From assembly GCF_964355755.1 (NCBI RefSeq), contig NC_092674.1, positions 7,502,001 to 7,566,000 of the forward strand: a DNA stretch of 64,000 nucleotides, written 5' to 3'. Under the pieces are notes generated by a model that had not been told where the DNA came from, did no database searches, and was given only the letters and a program-made list of their open reading frames with translations. Origin of the DNA: Antedon mediterranea. Taxonomy: Eukaryota; Animalia; Echinodermata. Both the position numbers and the translations under genes were made by a program. This document shows, piece after piece, positions 1-12,305 of the stretch (within the stretch, counting starts at the first letter, position 1; each line of letters starts with the position of its first letter).

Positions 1-74
1 AATGTAAGTTTATTTTGGGTGAAATAATTCTAGCGTTGTAATGAAATATTTGGTATAAAAAAGGAAACACTTAG

Positions 75-835
75 TTGTAGTTTATTAAGTTCTTTATTTG
101 GTAGACCAAACAAAATGGCATTGCAGTAGTCTAACCGTGAACAGAACATCAACAACACAAGCTTCGATAACCGACTTCGCCTCATTAAACTCTGCTGGAT
201 TAAAGCTGATGTACAGTTGTGTATCATCTGCGTACACATGATATTGGACACAATGTCTCTTAATGATATCACTCATGGGCGAGATGTAAACTAAAAACAA
301 TACTGGACCCAGTATTGATCCTTGAGGAACACCGCATTTCAGGTCGATAGGTGGATTTGACATTACCAATCTGGACCTGCTGCTTCCTATAGAAGACAAA
401 TATGACTTGAACCAATTTAGAGCAGATCCACGGATACCAATAGACGAGAGTCTTGCAATAAGAATGGAATAGTCCATGGTATCAGAAGCTGCCGACAGGT
501 CGAGGTACACAGAAAAAAGACAATTACCTTTATCCAGAGCTAAAATAATATCATTATGCACCTTGAGAATGGCTGAATCTGTACTGTGGTGCTGGTTGAA
601 GAGGGTCGAACAGATTATTGTCGTCAAGAAAATGTATGAGATCTAAAGCAACGCATTTCTCAAGGATCAATTAGATAAGAAAGTGACATTAGAAATAGAA
701 TGAAAATTTGCCATGCAAGTATGATCCAGTGAAGGCTTCTTTAAAATAAATGTAACTAGACCCAACTTCAAATCATCAGGAAAGGTCGTACCAGTTGATA
801 AAGATAAATTAATAATAATTCTAAATACTGAAGTC
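75..835 (-). mobile_element. Degenerate L2-clade non-LTR retrotransposon ORF2 (RT) fragment with internal deletion
   Basis: ORF 94..627(-) has the RT motifs HSTDSAILKV, LDLSAA, GVPQGSILGP and YADDTQLY. ORF 30..272(-) carries SRLDYCNAILFGLP, typical of L2 ORF2. The two parts are abnormally close, implying a deletion. Confidence 0.85.
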
Positions 836-1009
836 AATTATGCACATTTTCCATAAAGTTATATTCCTAATTAAAAATTTTCAATACAAGTTGGGTAGCA
901 ATGGGTAGCATATTGTATATGCTTCCATTTTATACCATACAGTGTGTCCATTGACATTTTAAAGAATAATTTAACCCGAAAATGTGTTTTTTTGTGTCAT
1001 TTTTTCGAT

Positions 1010-2398
1010 CAACCAGCATCGGCCAATAGCTTAAGATCTGCATGGCAACTTGTCAAACAACTCTCAGGGAAGAGATCTCAAAGTTCATGCATCATGGGAG
1101 AGGATCGTCTTCTAGCATGGAAAACTCACTTCCACAAACTACTATCGGTGAAGACTTCAGTGGTAGATGACATGGATATCTGCAAAATCTTCAACTTCAA
1201 CCACCAGATAAGCTCCGAGAAGTTCTCCGAGGCTGAGGTGTCAATTGCCTGCAAACAGATGAAATTTGGCAAAGCACCTGGTCTTGACGGTCTTCCCATC
1301 GAAATATGGAAATTACCTGGCACCCAGAAAGCTCTCACTTCTTTCTGCAATCAAACTCTTGACGGAAACAGGCCATCAGAATGGGGAATTTCTGGGATCG
1401 TTCCTATTCCGAAAAAAATGTGATCTTTCAAAACCAGATAACTACAGGGGTATTTCATTATCACAATTGGCTGCAAAGATCTACAATCGTCTGATTTTAA
1501 ATAGGATACGTCCTGTGATTAATGAAGATCTACTCCCCAACCAGAATGGCTTTCGTCAGGCACGATCAACAACTTCGCACATTCTTGCACTGAGGAGAAT
1601 TGTTGAAGAGGTAAGAACCATCACAAGGAGGCAGTCATTATCTTTATTGACTTTCGCAAAGCCTTTGATTCCATCAATCGCAACATCATGATGAAGATCC
1701 TCTTAGCATACGGCATCCCTCATAAAATTGTAGAAGCCATCAGAGTAATGTATATCAATACATCAGCAGTTGTCCTGACTCCAGATGGTGAGACTGATTG
1801 CTTCAACATCGACTCTGGCGTACTTCAAGGAGACCCTCTTGCTCCATTCTTGTTTATTGTCTGCCTTGACTACGCAATGCGATCAGCAACTACATCATCA
1901 GACGGTCTCAACCTCCACCGTAGGCGTAGTAGAAGACATCCAGCTGAAGTACTACCAGACCTGGACTTTGCCGATGACATCGCCATTCTTGAAGATTCCA
2001 TACATGCTGCCGAAAATCTACTGCACAGAATTCAACAAGCCACACAAGGTATAGGTTTATACTTAAACATCAAGAAGACCCAATTCATACATTTAAACCC
2101 CTCATCACCTTCTATAACTCTCGCACTGGATGGATCAGCAATAGAACATCATTCAAAGACGTCGCATGGGCCTGGCCGGTCATGTTATGAGAAGCTCTGA
2201 GCCTGCCTCAAGAGTTCTCCTTTGGGAACCAGAAGAGAAAAGGAAAGTGGGAAGACCTCAACTGACTTGGCTTGACATTCTGTTGAAAGATACCAAACTA
2301 GACCTGAGTGAACTGAGAAAGAGCATGCTTGATAGAGATGTGTGGAGACAAATTATTATGGCACCCACTTAATAGTGGGATGACATTAAGTAAGTAAG
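1010..2398 (+). mobile_element. 5'-truncated, frameshifted RTE-clade LINE (RT and C-terminus) with (TAAG)n tail
   Basis: ORFs 944-2372 together give KAPGLDG, NYRGISL, QNGFR, GVLQGDPLAPFLF, LDFADDIA and LAGHVMR...LLWEP...GRP. The tail taagtaagtaag is at 2387-2398. Confidence 0.9.
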
Positions 2399-2399
2399 T

Positions 2400-3053
2400 T
2401 TGGTCAAAGGTCAGTAAAAGCATTTCCGGTCATTTTTTGGGGTTAAAAGTTGTGTTAGACTGAATATAAATATGTATATTCTGAGCAATTTGACACCAAA
2501 AGCAAATCTGTATGACAAGTGGTTGTCGAGATATAAGAACCACACATTTTTAACCTTTGACCCGATTTTGGGCATGTTCGCCCCAGATAGCGAATTTGGC
2601 ACATATCCCATGTTGTTCCTTGGGGTCTAATTATCCTATAACAGTTGAGATATTCTCTCCTAAATTGAATGCATACAAATCTTACCCAGGTCCTAGACTA
2701 GCAGTAGTTATTAATGAATAAAGGTCAATGACCTTTGACCCGACTATCTGACCAATGGCACAAGTAACCCGAAATTTGCAAAAACTTTATTTTCTTGTTT
2801 GACCACTAAAACATAGATCTAGACACCACATTTGTCTTTTTAAACCCAGGAGTTGAGGAGTTATGAGCCATCAAATGCCACAAAAAGGTCACTGACCTTT
2901 GACCCTCAATATCTCACTAACGCAGCAACTAGAAGGCTGCAAAAATTTTTTGGTATTTATTCACACCTAAAGCTACAAGAAAATACCAAAAGACCTTTTA
3001 TTAGAATTTTTTCAAGGTTACATAGGATAAATGTCACATATAGCCTGTACTAG
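2400..3053. mobile_element. End of a non-autonomous DNA transposon with TGACCTTTGACC subterminal motifs (possibly Academ-like)
   Basis: Repeated tgacctttgacc/ggtcaaaggtca motifs at ~2402, 2552, 2729 and 2895; ends in ...tatagcctgtactag. The superfamily is a guess from the TAG terminus. Confidence 0.45.
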
Positions 3054-3489
3054 TAGTAATGTGACTTAATTACGTTTTTAATCATTATCTGCATCCATAG
3101 AGATATTATAACTGAAAATCAATTTTAATATTGAGTGAGCTTTTTAGTAAAACATTTTTATAAATGGTATGAGCTTAACGATCTGTGACATTTGTGTAAA
3201 TTCGCTAATGCTCATTGAAATGAATAAACAAACAAATGCATACGTACATACATACTGTATACAATGTTATTTTTAGTATAGTAAAGTACAGTAATGATAG
3301 TTTTACATATTTTATCATATTTTCATTGTAAATTTTTTTTTGGTCTGATCTAAATATTTACAATAAAAAATCACAATTTTCTCACGCTTTATACTTATAA
3401 ATGTAGGCTATTGTTTTTTTTATTTAAAATAAACCTATCATCATGGTATAGAATAGTGTACGTGTATTTAATGCGAATCTTTGTAGAAA

Positions 3490-4220
3490 AACAATTCCAT
3501 AAGTAAGAAACTACCATGTGTGTTACTGTTCGTGAGCCGCACCAATCGTTAGAAAAACAAATCCGAGCGAGCCGAACGATTGTTGTAGAAATTCCATTTG
3601 ATGTACACGCACTCATATGGTAAGAAATTACCACGTGTATATTCATCATGCGAGTTTGTTGCCCGAACGCCGAACGACTGTTGTGAAATTCCATTTGATG
3701 TACATGTACCCCTCTGTTAAGAATTTACCACATGTATATTCATCATGCAAGTAACAAGTTTGTTATCCGAACGCCAAACGACTTGTGAAATTCCATTTGA
3801 TGTAAACGTACCCCTCTGGTATAGGTTGGTTCCCACTGGCGAAGCAATGTAACGCAATTTGCGCAACGTAAGCAAATGCCCTTCTAATAATTGTGTTTGC
3901 CCCGTCTGCATGAAATCAAACCTGCGATGTTTCCAGCACTGTTGTATTTTGTTCCCACTTGTGATTACGCAAATACGTCGCTGCGTTGCGTTCCAGTGGG
4001 AACCACGCTTAAGAAATTACCACGTGTGTTCACCATGCGAGTTTGTTGCCCGAACCAACGAGTGCTGTGAAAATTCCACTTGATGTACACGCGCCCCTCT
4101 GGTAAGAAATTACCACGTGTGTTCATCATGCGAGTTTCGCCGCCGAACGAACGATTATTGTGGACATTCCATTTGACGTACACACACGCACCCTAAAAAA
4201 TTAACATGTGTGTTCATGCC
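3490..4220 (+). repeat. Tandem repeat of ~90-bp unit (taagaaattaccacgtgt...aattccatttgatgtacac), interrupted by a MITE
   Basis: Unit starts are visible near 3503, 3621, 3718, 4010, 4103 and 4195. Confidence 0.85.
3822..4010. mobile_element. MITE family B (TIR ~aagc(g/t)tggttcccact; PIF/Harbinger-like) inserted in the tandem repeat
   Basis: Termini ggttcccactgg...ccagtgggaacc. The neighbouring repeat unit shows the empty site ctctggtaagaaattacc. Confidence 0.75.
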
Positions 4221-4481
4221 TGTATAGTACCTGTCCGTTTCTGCTGACAAAATTGGCAAAACATTAACATTTTTTCATCAACAGTGTCAGCAGTAGGCTA
4301 TAGTTTCGCGCTAGCTCAGCGGCGATCACATGTGTTTTGCGCTCTAGTCGAATTCTCTGGATAGAAGAAATATACTTAATTAATAAATGTTTAATTACCA
4401 AAATGTATTTAAAATTAGTTTCATAATCATACATAGGCCTACGTTACTGTTTGTTGTTAACAATAAAAATATTGTCTTATT

Positions 4482-4898
4482 TTACAACTCCCTGGTCTGA
4501 GTGAGATTGAGCCAAACGAACTCAAAATATAAAAAAAACACAGAAATTTAGTGACGAAGTATGACGTTGCAGTAGTGGATAGGCTATTTCCTGGAATGCC
4601 AAAAATGTCTTTAACACGCCGCCGCTAAAAAGGGAGAAGTCTATGCGTTGCTGTTAAACCATGTGCTGCGCTAGGAACATGTTAGGTCTATAAAATGGAC
4701 TATACTATTTTACGAAACTATAAAGAGGATGGGTTGTTATGATAATGATATGGGGCGTGTTTATGAATACATTTTCAAAAGAACCGTAAGACTATGTATA
4801 CGTTATCGGGTATATATATTTTTTCACAATACTGTAATTGCCGGTGGTTAAGTTGAAAATCGAGGAAACATGCAAATAGACAGGCCAGGGAGTTGTAA
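4482..4898. mobile_element. MITE with TIR tacaactccctgg / ccaggggagttgta
   Basis: Inverted termini at ~4483 and ~4885-4897. Confidence 0.6.
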
Positions 4899-6222
4899 CT
4901 CCCTGGACAGGCTAATGCAAACGTGGCATGCCCTTGCTAATAAAACGTGTTGGGTTGGGAGTTATACAGAACGTAATGGAATTCTGTACCGTGTCCTGTG
5001 ATGTACAGTATTTGATATATTTTTTTATATTTTTTATTAATATACATTATATAAATATATTATTAATACTAGTGTAGGCTAGGTACTCGGCAAGCTAGGC
5101 CTATACGTGTATTGTATATATACAAAAAAGACGTCAGCTCTGTACAGGCTCGTCGAACGGTCCAAGTTTTATTTTCTCGCACAAAGATTGTAATTGTAAA
5201 CATCGGACGCTAACAGTCGGTCAACATGCGGCACATGGTGTGGGCGGATCATCTTATCAGGCGGGTAAGGGAAGTCACCGATGTGACGGCGTATTGTCAT
5301 TCTTCAAAGAAAACACTGCTTTTGAATAAACCGCCTTAATTAGGATAGCGCGTGCCAACTGTTTATTTATAGTAAATCCAATTAGTTTTTGCTTCCTTCT
5401 ATTGTTTAAAGATCCTTAAAATACTGTCGATTTAGTATCGACGCATTGTCTAAATACTATCGAATTACTGTCGGTAACTAACTGCAAGTTCGACGTCGAA
5501 CTTTTTTTCAGCGGGTATGTCTTTATTAATATATGTAACAACAAATGTGGTTTATGACATTATACGCAGAGGGATCTTTGATCGGATTGTGATACCGGCT
5601 ATTGTATTCGCGTTAGCAAGGTCCTATCATATATTATAAATAATTAAAGATTCTGAGAAAAACAATCAATCAATATATCTTTAAAAAATCAATTATCTTT
5701 ATTTAAATCAATGCATATAACCTATAATTCGTCATAGTGACGAATTAAATCTAGTTATTGTTATTACAATTATTACAACAGTATTTCAAATGTCAGATTC
5801 ACTGGTGTTGTCTTGTGGTGGTAGAGGTAGACCTTGAAAACCATTTTGAACAATCAAAACACAAATGAAATCACAATTTTTAATTGATCAACATTTTATA
5901 AACTACCATTTAGTCATTATAATATGGCATAGATATACTTGGCATCCTGAAAAATGTAAAGCTATTATATAAATAATAAATTATGTCGCTATCAAATGTG
6001 TATAGGCTTACAGTAATTAACATGGTATAGGCCTCTAATTATACTGTTGCTATCAAATATTATGTAATCCATGATTTCCAGGATCAGGTGAAAACCCTCG
6101 CGTACATACATTACAAACAATCGTTAATGTTACGTGCAAGTTTGTTATTACTGCCGCAAGAGTAAATACTAATATTGCACCCTTTATTGCTTTTAAGGTT
6201 ATTTAAGAGGTGTTTGTTCGTC

Positions 6223-7449
6223 ATGGCATCTAAAGAAGTGATTAAAGGAATTGAAGCTGCAGCACTAGAGTGTTCTTTATGTTTGCATCGCTTCACAAAA
6301 CCAAAGACACTCACGTGTGTCCATTCGTTCTGTCTTGAGTGTCTTGAAAAATGGGTTAAAGAAAGAAATGGAGTACTCAGCTGTCCAATATGTCGTGAAG
6401 TCTGCCTGATTCCAGAAGGAGGGCTTGAAAACCTGAAGAATAATATATTTACCAGAATCAAAAATGAAGATGTCACAACATCATCGAATCATTACAATGA
6501 GAGAATACGCAACCATTGATCCTTTGGAACGCTTGGCTTCTAAACCTGTGTTATGCTCTGAACATGAAATGCCATTTCATTTCTACTGCGACTCGTGTAA
6601 GATTCCAGTATGCGTTGGATGTACACAAATTAAACATTCTAAATCTGATTGTCATAACATAGTCGAAATTAAAACTGCGTTTGAATCATTCTCAACACGT
6701 TCAGAAAGCTTAATTAAAACAGCAGATGAAAGATTAGGAAGCCTTCAATCAATTGCTAATGAACTGAAAAAGAAAGAGGCATTAGAAATGTCTACTTACA
6801 AGAAACTCCAAGCGACAATTACAGAAGAAGCAGATAAAGCGCACCAATTGATTGATCAGTATAAAACGGAACAGTTACAAGATCTCGAATCAAAATTACC
6901 AACGCAATCTTAAGTTACTTAATGCCCATGTAAGTGATGTTGAATTAGCTATTGCTAAATTCTCCAGTATGCAGGGAATTGCACGTACCTTAATACATAG
7001 CCCAAACCATGCTATGGCACTAAGGTCCAGTTCTAATGTTTCCAAACGATTTACTGATGATATGCAGAAACCGAATGTTTCAAAGTACAATAACACCAGG
7101 TTAGAAGTATTAGTGAAAGCTGCAGATATTTCAAAATCAACATTTGGAAAATTTTTGCTTTTATGTAAGTTTATAACAAGGGATTCCAAAGGAGCAGCTG
7201 TCTATATGAAAGATGTAAAAGTGAAATGCTTCAAAATAAACCCAAGTAATTCAAATAATATATCCAACTGCGTGTCATCATGTATCACTGATGAACACAA
7301 TGGATATTACAACATTGATAATAGTTTTTTTGTGTTCAAATTGTACTTTAATCTGTCTAATTATTAATGGATCTGATGTATTATTCAAAACTGTTAAGTT
7401 TGATTCAGATGGCTTGATTGTAGAACAATCAGAATTCACACTTCTTTAA
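6223..7449 (+). pseudogene. TRIM-family E3 ligase (RING, B-box2, coiled coil, filamin-like; TRIM45/56-like), frameshifted, B-box1 deleted
   Basis: ATG at 6223. C3HC4 RING CSLC...CVHSFCLEC...CPIC; B-box2 CSEH...YCDSC...CVGC...H...H; coiled coil; a filamin-like TRDSKG...DEHNGYY segment. The reading frame is split over at least three ORFs. Confidence 0.85.
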
Positions 7450-8657
7450 ATAAGAAATATTTGTTTATTAAAAAACCTGTTTCTAAAATGATAGCATGGT
7501 ATACGGAAAAAATAACTCAAATTATTTTGTATTTATTTTGACCGTATTAAATACAAATTACTGTCGCACAACGAACCTAGTTATTAAAACAATTTAAATA
7601 ATGTTAATAGATGATAGGCAATATGTTTGTAAATAGACGAGTCAACAGAAAATAATGTTAAAAAGGAGAGAGAGGAAAGAAACACAAATGTTTATGGGTA
7701 GAAAATTGTTAAAAAATAAAGTTAGGATGTAGACAACAAAATATTAATCGTGGTTATATGTTCGTAATGATGATAAAATATGTTAATTAGAAAACTTGTA
7801 TACAGACATTAAAAACAACTTTTCATCCTTACGATATAAAAATATGCAAGTTTACAGATGTAAAATATTAATTTAATAAAGGTGGCGTAATCTACGAAGG
7901 ACAATCACTGTGACAACGCATTTACCACGAAATACACAAACATTCATTTTTGAATGGCGAAATATATACGGTACATATATATTTCAGATCTTTAATTGAA
8001 TATTTCAGTATATTTCAGTCACTTTATTTCATAGTAGGAATTATTTCCGTCGAAATTGATATTTCGTTCATTATGATAGTAGAAGTTCAAGTAAAACTAT
8101 GTACACAATAAGCATAACTATTCAGGCCAATAATAAATTTTAGCAAAATTGAATTTGTAAAAACAAGAGGAAAATACATTCATATGAAATAAAATGTTAC
8201 ACTGTTGTTTTTGTATGAATTCAGAGCATTTTAATATTTCATTTAATAGCCATCATTATTAATATGCCAGTGTATACGACATAATGATCACCAACAGATC
8301 GGTGTTAAAATAAATATGAAATTTAGGCACAAAAATGGATCATTATTATATGTACGGTTATTATTTTATAGCAAAGTTTTTGCTTATTTATGAACACAAG
8401 AAAGTGGTTTGATGCTTGTTGCAACAGGCGGAGGAAAATAAATTTGGTACTTGCTGGACGTCTATTACAAATTGGGCGTGGCATTTCTCAATTAAAAAAA
8501 CAACATGTTCTCATAATACTGTAGTCCATATGCCCTTAAAAATATTTAATATAGTAACAATGTGTAGATTGATATGGTACGGTAAGGTATGATGGAAAGC
8601 AACACATATTTCAATTAAAATCGACTTGTTCTGTATACTTTTCAGAATAAGACTACC

Positions 8658-9895
8658 ATGGCATCTAAAGACCTTATTGAAGGAATTGAAGGCGCAGCAC
8701 TTGAGTGTCCTTTATGTATGCATCGTTTAGACTATGTTACAACATTGGAACAGAACACCGCTCTATCTTGTAGTCTTTGTAGTACAGCAGCATGTTTCTT
8801 CTGTCAGGACTGCGATGAGTTATATTGCACACCGTGCAAAACTACTCATGCAAAAATGAAGATATTAAAAAATCATTGTATTATCAAAATGAAAGAATAT
8901 GCAGCGATTACACCTGTTGAACGCTTTGCCTCTAAACCAGTGTTATGTTCTGAACATAATATGCCGTTTCATTTCTACTGTGACCCCTGTGAGATTCCAG
9001 TATGCGTTGGATGTACACTCATTGAACATCCTAAATCTTATGATCATAACATCATCAAAATATAAACTGCGTTTGAATCATTCTCAGCACTTTCGAAAAT
9101 CTTTATCGAAGAAGCAGATCAAAAATTAATGAGTTTTTGTGAATTTACCAATCAACTGAAAAAGAAAAAGGCATTGGAGATATCTACATACAAGAAGTGG
9201 AAAGTGACAGTTATAGACGAAGCCAACAAAGCACAGCAATTGATCGGTATAAAAAAGAACAACTACAAGACCTCGAATCAACTCACCAACACAACCTGAA
9301 GTTACTTAACGCCCACGAAAGTGATGCTGAATTAGCTATTGCTAAATTCTCCAGTACGCGGGAAACTACAAATAGCTTACTGATTAGTCCAAACCATGTT
9401 ATGGCACTAATGTCAAGTTCTGCTGTTTCCAAACGAACGAATGGATGACCTTTCAAAACATATTGACATTACTAGTGACTTAAAAAATACAAGAGAACAC
9501 AATTATAATTTAAGGTTTAAAGTAGCATTGAAAGCTGGTATTGATATTTCAAAATCAAGATTAATAATTATATACAAACACCCTCCTTCAATGAGAGTGC
9601 TTCTTCAGTATACAAATGTACTCCCGAAAATATTGATAAAAACACGGAATGAAGTCGGAGAGGATGTGTACATAAAAGATTTGAATATGATATGCCGTAG
9701 AACAAATGAAACTAAAGATAGTAAAGACGATAAAACTTGGATGTTATTAGCGATATCAAAATTCCCTTGAAAAGTTGTACTTTGACGTGTGAAATAATTA
9801 ATGAACCTGATAAATATATCAAAACCATGACGTTTGATTCTTCTGGAAATTACTCTTTTCCGCAGTTAGAATCAGACTTTGAGTGTATAAAATGA
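8658..9895 (+). pseudogene. TRIM-family paralog (B-box1, B-box2, coiled coil), RING mostly deleted, premature stop and frameshifts
   Basis: Acceptor ttttcag at ~8645, then MASKDLIEGIEGAALECPLC (only the first RING CxxC remains). B-box1 CSLC...CQDC...CTPC...H and B-box2 follow. Stop at 9063-9065 with later frameshifts. Colinear with the 6223 copy. Confidence 0.85.
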
Positions 9896-10122
9896 ATATT
9901 GATAATATGCCTACACGCATGCAGCAGAATTTAAAGAGCAACAATGTCGTTGCTTGTAAATTAAAGACGATAAAGTTACATATTATTGATTTTTAAATTA
10001 TGTTCAGAAGATAAGATATATTTTCTTCACCAATATTACACATGATGACTATTCACACGTGTCTTTCAATATGTTTATTTTTACCCTTTTTCTATAAATT
10101 ATAATGCAGACGGTTACGTATA

Positions 10123-10285
10123 AAGATCTGTCCACACTGTGAAACTAGTTTGATAACAACAATTGTGACGTGGCCAAATATGGTATTGATATGCTGAAAT
10201 ATGGTAGTGATATGACATCATAATGTCTATATATGGGCACATCACATTTTTGTCACATAAAGTTTGATAGTGTAGACAGGACTTA
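10123..10285. mobile_element. MITE family A (TIR aagctctgtctacactatcaaac; PIF/Harbinger-like)
   Basis: Palindromic ~160-bp element with internal atatggtagtgat repeats. Other copies at ~32565, 37143, 41913, 44792 and 56516. Confidence 0.75.
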
Positions 10286-10599
10286 AGTTTATCTAATAAT
10301 GAATGTATGAGTTTTAATATGGTAGAACTTCTAGTCTATCTAATGTATTTTCAGAACTTCACTTTTTAAGTTAGTAACGGTAATTAGCCATATTCCCATT
10401 ACTGTGTTTTGAGATACATAGGCCTACCCATGATAAATAACAGATACATTTTATTTTACGAATTTTAAAAATAATAATATAAATAAAAGTAAAAAATGTG
10501 AGTAGAATAGTAATGCTTTGTAAAGAGGCGTAACATTTGTTAAAGGTAAAATAAAATTAAAATAAATACAAACAGGTTACGTGATGATTTTTTTTACTG

Positions 10600-10975
10600 T
10601 TTATCTTAAAGATTAAAGGCCTAATTGTATTTTCCCCCCAAAAAACATGGAAAATGAAGATTATTTAAATCAGACTTTGAATAGGTTATTTTGTAGTTTT
10701 AATAAAGTTAATCACTTCCGTAAAAAAAACCCCAAAAATAATGTTTTCACTTATAAAATGACAAAATAAATGTTTAAATTCAACCAAAAATCCATTGGCT
10801 GGCACTGGCACCCAACAATTTACTATTTTTTGCTTTAAATCAGTTTTATCAAGTAAATACAATTTTTTTCCAACACATATTTGGTAAAAGTGGATAACTA
10901 TTATGTGACATTAAAATGGCATATTCAACAGACAACATTTTAATAATTTAAATTTAATTAATTTTTTCAGGGGTA
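10600..10975. repeat. Dispersed AT-rich repeat (related copies ~35620-35760, ~50740-50985, ~54690-54721 plus 55825-56000)
   Basis: Shared blocks atgtgacattaaaatggcat, ttttcacttataaaatgacaaaat and aaaatccattggctggca, in both orientations. Confidence 0.65.
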
Positions 10976-11023
10976 CAATTATTGTATTATATTATTATTA
11001 ACTATTATAGTTAATTATTTCAA

Positions 11024-12299
11024 CTAGATGGCATGCTCGCTTCGCTCGCGTACCATCTAGGTCGTGCCCACAGATGGTTCTCGAATACACAGTATTTCCA
11101 GCGAGAAAAAAATGGAGATTTCAAATGTACGTACTGCAGGACTATAATACATTGTCGTTTACAGAAACGAATAAATATACACAATGATTTATGTAGTCAA
11201 CCAAAATTAGCACCCTGGGAATTACTTCCGATAGAGAAACAAAATGAGTCAAATTTTTTTATTTGGACTCATTTAAACAAACCCAATTTGTGTTTTGTAT
11301 GTAACATTAGGCCTAAGGGTTGAGGGATGGGGGAAGAAGATAGGTACAAAGAGGAAACATTTTAAAATATATTCTTATCCACTCAGTAACGAAATATTGT
11401 TTTTAATGTTTTATAGGCCTATAAATAATATACCACTAAATACAGTAAAACATTTACGATTTAATACTTTGTTAAAACTCTCACTGTTATAGTCGATTGA
11501 AATAGTAAACGACGTTTATATATTTTTAAATTATTAATTAATACAAACGTTGAGAAGCAACTGTCAGTAATAGCGTTTATTTATTTGTATATTATATGTT
11601 TATAATCTAACAGTAGGGCCTACCCACACTCACAGTAATAAAGTTTATTTGTATATTTGTTTATATTATATCTAACAGTACCAACACTCACACAGTAAGA
11701 AATTTGCGATTCAAATTGCGATCAAAAGTGGTTAATACCTTAACAGTATTGTACAGCATTGCAATACCATTTATGTTTATTCTCCAAGGGGGCCCATAAA
11801 TCTAAATCTATACCTGTATGGTTAAACCAAATAATTTGGAATGTTCCATTCATCACAAATCAATACATTTGTAAAAACGTATATTACATGTATCAAAATA
11901 GCATTTTTTAAAGAAAATCGGCCTGTCTTCAACATTATGATGCTGTACTCGAACTGTTCAACCGGTTTTCAGCTATTAAAAACAATTATCGTAGGAGGAG
12001 ATAGGAAAATGCGAAGTGTCCTCGTATTATTGTGTGCGGGTATTTTTTCAAATTGACATCCATTAGACAGTGTATACCACGATCGGAAAACACCCCTATT
12101 TGGGGAAAATCGTTGAACCTAAATTCGTTTTAATCGTCAATAACTAATTATCGAACTCAATTTAATTAGTAAACAGGGTTACATCAGGTCGTTAAAATCA
12201 GTACCGAAGTACGAACCAACTTTATATACCATCGAGTAAACATTCTAGAAGTAACGCGCGATTTACCGAATTTTGCCCTTACGTAAATTAATATATAGA
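11024..12299 (-). mobile_element. Non-autonomous Helitron
   Basis: On the - strand it starts A|TCTATATATT and ends ...gcgagcgaagcgagcatgccatCTAG|T. These are the canonical 5'-TC and 3'-CTAG ends, with a GC-rich subterminal segment, an A-T target and no TSD. Confidence 0.75.
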
Positions 12300-12305
12300 T
12301 ATTAA

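Noticed and set aside
3490-4220. Regularly spaced repeats resembling a CRISPR array
   Set aside because: Whole units are homologous with no unique spacers, no cas genes are present, and the context is eukaryotic.
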